NCBI RefSeq assembly: GCF_031769215.1
Contig: NW_026782612.1
Span: forward strand, 620,001 to 684,000
Reading direction: 5' to 3'
Source: Ylistrum balloti
Lineage: Eukaryota
Length of the DNA: 64,000 nt
Shown here in pieces: positions 11,401-23,400 of this stretch. The translations under genes and the position numbers were made by a program. The notes beneath the pieces are model-generated. The model saw only the letters and a list, made by a program, of their open reading frames with translations. It ran no database searches and was not told the origin of the DNA. Each line of letters starts with the position of its first letter. The stretch's first letter is position 1.

Positions 11401-14400
11401 GGGTAACTTTTCTGGTAGGACATGCTGGTGTGTATAAACCCTAGGTAACATTCCTGGTAAGACATGATAACTATATAGTCTCGTGTGTATAAACCCTAGG
11501 TAACTTTTCTGATAGGACATGCTGGTGTGTATACACCCTAGGTAACATTCCTGGTAAGACATGATTACTATATAGTCTGGTGTGTATAAACCCTGGGTAA
11601 CTTTTCTGGTAGGAAATGATTACTATATAGTCCGGTGTGTATAAACCCTGGGTAACTTTTCTGGTAGGACATGCTGGTGTGTATAAACCCTGGGTAACTT
11701 TTCTGGTAGGACATGATTACTATATAGTCTGGTGTGTATAAACCCTGGGTAACTTTTCTGGTAGGATATGCTGGTGTGTATAAACACTGGGTAACTTTTC
11801 TGGTAGGGCATGCTGGTGTGTATAAACCCTAGGTAACTTTTCTGGTAGGATATGCTGGTGTGCATAAACACTGGGTAACTTTTCTGGTAGGGCATGCTGG
11901 TGTGTATAAACACTGGGTAACTTTTCTGGTAGGATATGCTGGTGTGTATAAACCCTAGTTAACTTTTCTGGTAAGACATGATTACTATATAGTCTGCTGA
12001 TAAATTCTATCCATGACCGAAAAAATCAAGGTAACAATTCCAAAACCTCTGATCTTATAATGATAATTAAAAGTGATTATAAATAATGGATATATCTGAT
12101 ATTAGAGGTACGTAGGCTTCATACATGTGCTGATTGTCACATTTTCTTTGACGTTGCAGGATTGTCTTCAATGTACCCAACCATTGCAACGTATGTCAAA
12201 CACCGATATAGCAATAGTGAGAGAAGCTTTGGGCCAAGACGGTCGTCTGGAAGATTTTTAACCATAGTGTTTACAGTCCGGGGTGATCACTACAGTCAGC
12301 GTAATTTTCAGTTCCGTTATCGTAATACACCCAAAGGCGAGTTGTTTAGTAATCTTCAATATCCCTTATAATTATGATGTTGACTGAACTGTTATGTTTT
12401 TGATAATGATGTTCTGAATGATGACCATAAGGAAAAGAGTATTATGTTGCTTAATGACAATATTATAGTTTATCGAGAATATTTCCCCGCGGGCATGTAG
12501 GTATATTTGTTGTGGGATGTATGTTTAAAGATGTCCATTGTCGTGAATTAGTTATCTAATCAGTGATTAACGTACCATCGTGTAGATGGCAGCACGTGAT
12601 ATCTAAATATAGACATATACCTAGCTACTCAAGCCATAAATAACTGAACACCAATCCATCAAAATCCAAAAGGAAATAAGATGATAGACCCAATAAAGAG
12701 TAAGAAATTTAAGTGTAAAGTTTCTACACTATCTTGTTCATCAAACCAAATTACATCAATTTTGGTGTAAACACTTCTATTCTATGTATGCTGACCATCC
12801 CGACTAAAATTATTTTCAAACCTGAAGTTCATTGAATATCATGGTTAGTTCACCCCCAAGCCTCAATTTTCACATGCATTTTGAACAATTTAATTTTTCT
12901 ACATTCGCCTTCAGGGTGTAAGCATATTGACCCCTGCCTAGTTCCAGAGTGACGAAACATCTTTACAATGCAGTTTAATAATTTCATTTATGCTTAATTC
13001 TCAATTTGTATCGAGAAGTAATGTTCTGTTATGTGACTTTTGTTACTTCAGAGAATAACTTGTTACTGTTGTAGGTCTGTTGCCTTCGGACACAGAAAAT
13101 GGAAAGATTGAGAATTCCGTTTCTGATACGTGTGGAGATGAATTCCTAATTGCATACCAAACACCGAACGTTGTCACATCTCCAGGATACCCTCGAGAAT
13201 ACGGCAAGTAAGAGAAGATGATACCATTTAAAAATGGTTATGCCCCTTGATCGAATGATTGGGGGCATATTGTGTTGTGATGTCTGTTTGTTTGTTTTTC
13301 ATCTGTCAACTTTACCCTCGCATATAACTATTGTACCGTAATAGGTTGGGCTTTCATATTTGGCATGTGTGTTCCTTGTGAAAAGACCTTTCTGGCGGTA
13401 CGATTTTTTTTATCATGTGACCGTGACCATGATTTTTGATCTACATTTGAAAAACTTAAACACTGGCCTTAACTTTGTATTGTAAGAGGTACGCTTTAAT
13501 ATTTGACAGAGTTACGCCCCTTGAACTTAGCAATTTCCAATAATCATCACCGCAATGACATTATTGGTTCAAAAAGTGTGCTTCCAATTTTCACATGCCT
13601 TACACAGTACAGTTTTAATGCCCCACTTCAGATTTTCGTTGCAAACGGGGACATAATGTTTCATATACACATCTTGTTGATATGAAAATAAAGACGTGTA
13701 AGATATTTGATCACCATTAAATGAAAATCAGATATATTATTTGGCGTGTAATAAGATAATTAAAACCTTGTCTATGAATAACAATTAACATTAACAAATT
13801 TCTTTTTTCTAAAGATCACTGAAAAAAACTCTCGGACTTCAAAAATGTATTTATGTCGTAATAAAGCTGTTTTATGTATGTATTCAAATGAAATAAATAC
13901 GGCGATATTGCACATTTCTTCAGAATGTGAGGAAATGTGAAAACGGATTTCCGAACAGAACCAACACTTTCGGAAACTATTCGTTAATTTCCGTCGAGGA
14001 AATGTGAAATCGGATTTCCGAATAGAACCGACATTAATCGGAAAGTATTCGTTAATTTCCGTCAGACTTTTTGACACTTTGAATGTCAGCATTACCTCGA
14101 TATTATTAGATATATGAATGTATCACTAACTGTGAAAGATGCCTGAAATTGCTTTATTTCAGCTCACTGGACTGTAAGTGGACGATAAAATCTGATGACA
14201 TCTGCAATGATGACGTCATACATGTCACAATCCATTCTTTTTCACTAGAGGAAACGTACGACCACCTTGTCATCTACAACGGTATGTGACGTCATCAAGC
14301 CTGTTGATAGGCCTATTTGATTCGCTTTACAACAAATAAACAGATACTTAAAATGATAGGTATTAATCAAAATACTATCATTCTCATGTGTACTTTATGT

Positions 14401-17400
14401 ACGTATATCGTCAACAAATAGAAAGCAATCAAGTTTCATATATAGAACTCTAGAGGCTAATTAAAAAACCAGAAGCGAATTTTAATTAGCTTCTTGATCA
14501 CGTGTGACTCTCAATCGGTGATACCGAGTTTGTGATCATCTGATCATGTTTCACTCAATCGGTGATACCGAGTTTGTGATCATCTGATCAAGTTTCACTC
14601 AATCGGTGATACCGAGTTTGTGATCATCTGATCAAGTTACTCAATCGGTGATACCGAGTTTGTGATCTTCTGATCAAGTTTCACTCAATCGGTGATACCG
14701 AGTTTGTGATCATCTGATCATGTTTCACTCAATCGGTGATACCGAGTTTGTGATCTTCTGATCATGTTTCACTCAATCGGTGATACCGAGTTTGTGATCA
14801 TCTGATCATGTTTCACTCAATCGGTGATACCGAGTTTGTGATCATCTGATCAAGTTTCACTCAATCGGTGATACCGAGTTTGTTATCATCTGATCAAGTT
14901 TCACTCAATCGGTGATACCGAGTTTGTGATCATCTGATCATGTTTCACTCAATCGGTGATACCGAGTTTGTGATCATCTGATCATGTTTCACTCAATCGG
15001 TGATACCGAGTTTGTGATCTTCTGATCAAGTTTCACTCAATCGGTGATACCCAGTTTGTGATCATCTGATCAAGTTTCACTCAATCGGTGATACCGAGTT
15101 TGTGATCTTCTGATCAAGTTTCACTCAATCGGTGATACCGAGTTTGTTATCATCTGATCATGTTTCACTCAATCGGTGATACCGAGTTTGTGATCTTCTG
15201 ATCAAGTTTCACTCAACCGGTGATACCGAGTTTGTGATCATCTGATCAAGTTTCACTCAATCGGTGATACCGAGTTTGTGATCTTCTGATCAAGTTTCAC
15301 TCAACCGGTGATACCGAGTTTGTGATCTTCTGATCAAGTTTCACTCAACCGGTGATAATGAGTTTGTGATCTTCTGATCAAGTTTCACTCAACCGGTGAT
15401 ACCGAGTTTGTGATCTTCTGATCAAGTTTCACTCAACCGGTGATAATGAGTTTGTGATCTTCTGATAAAGTTTCACTCAATCGGTGATACCGAGTTTGTG
15501 ATCATCTGATCAAGTTTCACTCAACCGGTGATACCGAGTTTGTGATCATCTGATCAAGTTTCACTCAATCGGTGATACCGAGTTTGTGATCATCTGATCA
15601 AGTTTCACTCAATCGGTGATACCGAGTTTGTGATCATCTGATCAAGTTTCACTCAATCGGTGATACCGAGTTTGTGATCATCTGATCATGTTTCACTCAA
15701 TCGGTGATAATGAGTTTGTGATCATCTGATCAAGTTTCACTCAATCGGTGATACCGAGTTTGTGATCATCTGATCATGTTTCACTCAATCGGTGATAATG
15801 AGTTTGTGATCTTCTGATCAAGTTTCACTCAATCGGTGATACCGAGTTTGTGATCATCTGATCAAGTTTCACTCAATCGGTGATACCGAGTTTGTGATCA
15901 TCTGATCAAGTTTCACTCAATCGGTGATACCGAGTTTGTTATCATCTGATCAAGTTTCACTCAATCGGTGATACCGAGTTTGTTATCATCTGATAAAGTT
16001 TCACTCAATCGGTGATACCGAGTTTGTGATCTTCTGATCAAGTTTCACTCAATCGGTGATACCGAGTTTGTGATCATCTGATCAAGTTTCACTCAATCGG
16101 TGATACCGAGTTTGTGATCTTCTGATCATGTTTCACTCAATCGGTGATACCGAGTTTGTGATCATCTGATCAAGTTTCACTCAATCGGTGATACCGAGTT
16201 TGTAATCTTTTGATCAGGTGTTTTTTTAATAAAAAATGCCAAGTTTTTAACCCTGTCACGTGTGTCACTCAATAAGTGATTCTGATTTTGTAATTTTTTG
16301 ATCACGTGTCACTCAGGTAGTGATTTCGAGTTTGTATTCTTTTGAGCAATTGTCATGCAACAGGTGATAGCGAGAATGAAATATATTGTTCATGTGTGTT
16401 TCTCAATAGGTGATACCGCGTTTGACCCCGTGTTGATCAAGTTATCCGGAAATGTGGAGCCTCAGTTGATCACGTCTTCTGGAACCTCAATTGTTATCGA
16501 GTTTAAGACTGACGACACAGCATCAGGACGAGGCTTTCATTTGTCATACACCCGAATGAGGCGTATTATGAGACTTTCTATACAATAACTCACTACATGA
16601 TGTTTTATAGAGGGTACGAGATGGTACAGAATCGACAGAATTTTTCTTCTGAACTATAATTCTTTATACACATAATTAGTGTGACGAGATGGTAAGATAA
16701 TACCATCGCTTTTTGGTACTGGACAGTTGCCTTTACATATGTATAAAGCATGATTCTGTACCATCTCGGACACTCTATACAACAGAGCTAACACACTTCA
16801 CGCTGGTCATTTGTCTAATGAAGGTGACAGTATCGTCATCGAAACGCCACACTTAAATATTTTACTTATGTGTAATAAGACTAAATAAAGCTATATATTA
16901 TTTTTATATCTATCCTTGATTGACGTCGTTTGTTTAATTTGATAAACTTGGATAATTCTAATATATTTACATTTCAGCGACTCCTACACTGTCAGAGTCG
17001 GTAGCTATCAAAATGACCGAACGCTCGGCGGACTTGTCAGTGGATTTCACATCGAGTACACCACACCGTAAGGTGTATTGGAGTAGAAATGACGTCATCA
17101 TTCACCAAGACGAAAAACACATATTCACCGTCACCCCAGCTAAGGTTAGAATGGAGCCGGAGACTGACGTCACCGTGGAGGGATTCACAGCCAAGCTCAT
17201 AATAACGAACCCAGATTCACAAGATATTGGCATGTACAAAATAGCAGTCGTGAACGAGTTTGGTGTTGGAGAACGTACTGTCAATCTTAGAAGAAATTCA
17301 GGTAATCTAATTACATGTTGAAGATAAATAAATTTATCCTGTACCTGGCACCACCGTTGTCGGGATACACCTGCCACATATATGTTTGCTGTATTCGGCA

Positions 17401-20400
17401 GTGAAGGAAAACAGCTGTATTTTAGCACGTGCGGTAATTCGACAGAATTACTCTCTGAATTAACTTGAATATTACGTTTAGAAAAATGAATAGTTGTTGC
17501 AGTAAGCAATTTGACATGTTGTAATGAACATATTGATCTATGAAAATTCATAAAATCGCTGTTCTATCAGATAAAGTTTAGAACTATATTTCCGTGCGGA
17601 AGAATTATTTTGGCATCCATCGGGCAAAATTCAGCGTAACGTCGACGTCAGCTAAACGAAGATTGAACAGCTTGATTTTCAGTCAATGTTGCAGGATAAA
17701 TAGAATATATGGTCAGTGTCTTAAAATACAATCTGTATTATGGCTCGGTACTGAAAGACAAAAGATGCTCCCAAGAGGCTCGCCACTTTGCTCTTTCGTC
17801 ACCCTCGCCAAAATACAGCTTATAGTTTAAGACACTGACCATGTATCTCTATGTATCTGCTTGTTTTAGATAATAAACTAGATTAATTTCAATATTTCCA
17901 TTTGATAATTTCTTTATCTTCCATCAACTTTTTATGAGAAGCAATTCCACCATATGAAGTAATAAATGTTAATGTTGCAGTTCCTGTTGTACAGAATTAT
18001 GCCGTGTTTCCAGAAAATGCTTCGATTACAGTCACTTTTGCTGCATACCCAAACTTCAAGGTAATATACATTTACAACATAGTCTCTATTTATAGCATAT
18101 TTATACTGTCATTTTTTGTTTTAATGGATACTGCTTTGAATACTAAGATTTCGGAATATAACCATCGAGATAATAATGCCCTATAACATGACAGATCGTT
18201 TTTAACCAAACTGAATAATGACGTCTCTCTTGCAGAGTAAAACAATCAGTTCTGGTTAATTAACTTGTGATTTAATTATATTTTCATTGTCATGTATAGT
18301 CAGCAGACATCACATTTTCACAGAAATTGTTACGAATCAATGTAGAGCAGACATTACTTTAAAGATGACGAAAATTGTTTTTTATCATATTTGCTGAAAA
18401 ATCGATCACGTGATAAAGGAATCTTTAGTTCGTTTTCATTTGATAAGTGATTTATGAAACATGTCAGGATTTTTTTTCGTTTCTGTAGGCCTCTTTGTCG
18501 AGCTGAAAGGAAAAAGAAGTTCTTAGGCTTGTTTCAAAAAATTCACTTATCAAACGGAACCTCTCGCAGGATCATATACTTACATGACGTAATGGACATT
18601 TTAAATCTAGTTTTGTAGGTTGGATAATTCCTGCATGTACTTTTCCTTTTCAGAAAATAATTAAATCCTTAATACCGATGATGTAAGCCAACCTTAGGGG
18701 TTAAAATCTGAAATGTTGGAGAAATAAATATTTATCATCTTAAAAGATGAGATAAAAATAATACTTAGTATTACAATGTAACTGGAATTTACAAATTATT
18801 CTTGAAAAAGTATAGAATCAACGAATTATGTAAAATGTCTTTATAAATTAGAAATTGAACAAATGATCTTTTAAGTGTATTTGCAATGTTCTATCATACA
18901 CTTTGTAAACTATTTCTATATACTAGATACAAAAATTTAAACAGATTGATCCTTTGAAACAAAGTTCGACGTGTCAGACCTTTTTCTCTTGATGGTTATT
19001 AAAATAAAACCATTGGATATTTGTGTCATTTTGTTAGGCTGAATGGTACAAGACACAACGCATCCTCGCTTCCGGAAGTGACGTACATATAACAACGGAG
19101 TTTGTTGAAAATTATGAAAACGGAAATGACGACATGGCCATTTATAAATCCGTTCTGAGTCCAGCATTCCCAACAGAGAATGACTACGGGGAATACAGGT
19201 TTATAATCAGGAACGATTTGGGGACGTCCGAAATTTACATACACATGGATTTCCCCGCATCAGGTAGAAAGTAAAGAAATTATCTAATATACAATTAAGA
19301 AAAAATCTGGTAATCTATCCTGTTGCACGACATTCAAGGTACTTAAATTATTGGCATTTTTTGCCAATTTATGATCTATCCTGGTTCCACATCTTTCGTC
19401 TTCTTGTACCTTCATTCGTCCGTCTGAAGTGTTATCATTTTTGCATCACTATATGTGAACATCGTTTAGCAAAAATGATTTCATATAAAAACAATTAACT
19501 CAGGTCTTTCTGATTGTCAGAATACCGAATGTTCATAAGTCCGCCATGTTTATTTTTCTATCAGTCTCAAAATTGAGAAAAACAAAAAATAGAGATAATC
19601 GGAAATCTGCATTAAAAAAAAACGTTAAAAGGACCTGTAAATAGAATCATAATTCAAACATTTTGCCGGAAATGATTTGAAGATCAATGGAGTATTTCTG
19701 AACAAAATGACAAACTTTAACCGTCGCAATCCTGACTGACCACCTGTTGACCATAACGTTGGAATGCAGTTCGTGATTCGTAAAAAATGAACATGAAAAT
19801 ATTTCCCCTATATCTTGTAATAGACGGTGTGAGAATTTATCAAAGAATAGAGTCCGTTATACACGTCAACTTATAAACATGAACTTTGGTATGTATCTAT
19901 ATTTAATTAATTGATTCACAACACAAAAAGTGGAGTGTATTCTTTTCATTAACAGAGTTCATTTCCCTTGTTGTGTATTGGCTCAATAACATAAAATTGA
20001 TATTAGAAAGTTTATCCTTAAATGAAAATGATGTTTTTGGCTTAACAGAATCAACAAATTAGTTTACATACATTAGAAACGCATCTTTCCTTTTATATTC
20101 GTGTGTAAGGCAGCGTTTTACACAAGCAATTGTCGCATGGCCTTAGTCATCCAATGTCTTTATTTCAGAACTTCCAAAAATATTGGCGACTCCTTCACCC
20201 GTGAAGCTAAGTAACAGAAATCTGACTCTTTCGGTGAATTTTGACTCAAATATCGCGTATCCAACGATAAAATGGTATCATGGAGGCAATCGCTTGGAGA
20301 AATCATCCAAATACCGTCCCTATGCGAAATGGCAAGGGATTTCCGCCCAGGATTGGTCCACAAACGGATATCCGGTTGCTGTAACTTTAACAGAGTTCAA

Positions 20401-23400
20401 ACGCATTTCAACAACACATCAAGGTCACACTAACAATAGTAGCAATAGTAATGGCTATGACTGCCCTACCATCGGCGGTGATAGATCGTCAACACAACCT
20501 GCTTCTAGCTATGTTGCTATGCTTACTATATCTGACGTAACTCCCGAGGACTTTGGCGTCTACCGTGTAGTTGTAGAGAATGGCGCTGGGATATCGCGCC
20601 ACGTTATTGACGTCATCGCGCCGGAAGGTATTGTGGGTTTTTTTTATAACGCATGCGTAATCAAGTTTCTATGATTTCAAAATATCGTAGACTATCATCT
20701 ACACTTCCAAAATCGCTTGCTTGAATATAAATGTGTTTAAGCAATAATTGATAAATAGTCAGAATGTTTGGATCTATCTTGTTAATACATGTAGCTTTGT
20801 ATCAGTAAGATATATTTTTGCTGTATTCCGGCATTGACAGCGGAAAAGACAGCCCCATACATAGTTAAGTATACACATTGACTTCATTTAATGGAATCAG
20901 TTTCGGTTAAGATTAAACAAAGGACACACAAATAGCACACTTTAATACAAATTTAGAGTTAGATACAGTAGAGTTGGATTAAACTGCATCATACATCTGA
21001 TTTTTCCTTCGTCAATCGTCAGTCGTGGTGCTAACGGCCTCGAAACGAAAGCCAATCGAAAGAAATGTTAAACGTATAAGGGGAGTTGTACTAGCCCCAT
21101 AATTCAGTAGATATCATTTCTTTTCTCAACGACAAACAATTTCCATATATTGAAAAGTTGAAGATCATTTCTTTTTATTTTTAACATAAGTATACACTCT
21201 GCTCTAGTATTTCCTCATGTCACGTGCAACCAGGCGGACACAATAAGACTTACATGTAACGTCACTGCCTGTTCTTCAAGTAACCAATCCTGGATTCATT
21301 CCTACGATGGTGAGACCGTTAGGTACCTTCCCGGGCATCAAGATGGATCAATCAACACTCTGACAATCCCTCTGTGCATGCATTCGGACGCAGGCACTTA
21401 CACGTGTGTTGCTACGGAAAAAGAAACCGGAAATGACGTGGCTATTCAGCATGATAAAACTACACTCACAGTTAGAGGTACGGGAAATAACGAAAATGGT
21501 TGCATTGTCTCTGATATATTATATGCAAGAAGTGAACACAGCTTGATCCTACAGTGAAAACAATTGATGTCGCCACTTTATTTATAAAAAAAAGTTAATT
21601 ATATAGTATATATCTACATACACGCATAGGCTTAAATGTATGACATTTATAAAAGTTTCGTTCAATGACGATTTGTCTATTGTATTTCATTCGATAAACG
21701 ACTACTGATAGTAACTCTGATAACCAAATGCCCATCTGAATTGACGTAATGCACTGTTTAATGTGTCGACAAAATGACCCCAGCAATTTTGTATTGTGGT
21801 TAAATCGCCGTCCTTGTGTTGACAAAGATGTCCTTTCATTAAAAATTAAAAGTAAAGAAAGCCTTTATAATTTACTTTACTAATTCCTAATAATTAATTC
21901 AATCATTGAAAAACATACGAAATAATACGATGGTAGTCTTTTATTTTCAGCTGTCCCTGTGATTCTCGAATCCACTGTAGACATCATGAGAAACACCTTA
22001 CACATTGAAGTACCATTCTTTTCTTATCCTCCTCATCACCGAATCACTTGGTACAGAAATAGAGACCAGATCAGTTCATCTTCTAAAATCACCATGGTAA
22101 CAAAATCACGTGACGTGGTTCTACCGATGCATGGAAAGACATGTAGACAGGCGGGTCACGTGACCTCTATCACATTGTCCTCACTAGATGGAAGAGACTT
22201 TGGGATATATAAGATTACAGTCTCAAATGAAATGGGAATTTCCGAGCATATCATCGAAGTTCAAAATCCTGAGTATGGTATGTACATTCATTTTGTTATA
22301 AATGAAACATAATTCAAACTCACAAGGTGTAACGTGCCAATTTATGCTTCATCGAAGAAACCCACCATGTTAATATGAGTCAATCCATGCCAAAACAACG
22401 ACACTCTGATACATACTTACAGCAACGTCCAATTTATGCTTCATCCTATTACTATAATGATATTGAAATCATGACGCTTATTGCACAGCTAAGTGACGAG
22501 CTGTTCTTGAAGGTGTAGGAAAAGATAGTGATAAGTGGTTGATGAAAGGAATCGGTTATATCGTTAATTTTAAATTCTGAAAGGTACACCAAATAGGCAA
22601 AGTGAACAAATCAGGTCATCGTTATAGAACAAAGTACATTATGGAATTCTGTAAATTTTGATATAGTGTCATAGATATGATAGCAGACCACAATGACCAA
22701 AGTTAGACGAGAAAACAATTAAGATTGGTCATCGAGAGTTAATTTTGAAAATATGTCTTGGTCTTAAATTAAAAGAAAAACATTACCGATAAAGACGGCG
22801 AACAACAGCAGTTACGGAAATTTAATCTTAATTTGGTGACGTTCTTTGATAATGAAAATATACGCGCCTCTAAAATACATGCAAATCTCTACGGCCATAC
22901 GTAGGTTTAGAAGTGTTACCAGTATGAAACCTATCATTTTCAGAATTAAAAATGTTCTGTGTTTAAAGTCCGCCAAACTCTTGTGACCATCGCTATTTTT
23001 CAGATAATCAAATGTGTCCCTTTACTTAACGATCTGTTTAGAAATAGCTATAGATATGGCACATGCGGATATTTCACCACCTCTAACAGCTGTGTGAAGG
23101 ACAGTCATACTTCTCTATACATGCCATTCAAGTGAGTTTAGAAAATCGGCCTTTACAGACAGGTGACTGAGACAAGTTTGAGTGTAGTTTCATTTTGGAT
23201 ATGGCTCTACTGTATCTAATATTACACTTGTACTGAATAATCTACTTACCTTTGTGCATTTGAACAAATCTGTGTGATTTATTTAAAAAACGTGACGGAA
23301 TGTTAAATATTTCAGCCAATCCTGTATCTTCAAATCACGTCAGCGTTTCACATGATGGCGGATCTGCAATACTCCGTGTAGTCTTCTTCTCCTACTACAA

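Noticed and set aside
9627-11913. Many MSYQKSY... ORFs
   Set aside because: Artefacts of the 42/55-bp repeat, antisense within an intron.
14500-16220. Possible hammerhead array (CTGATCA motif); also CTGATGT in the 50.3 kb and 59.3 kb arrays
   Set aside because: These lack CUGANGA plus GAAA and a stem II/III arrangement.
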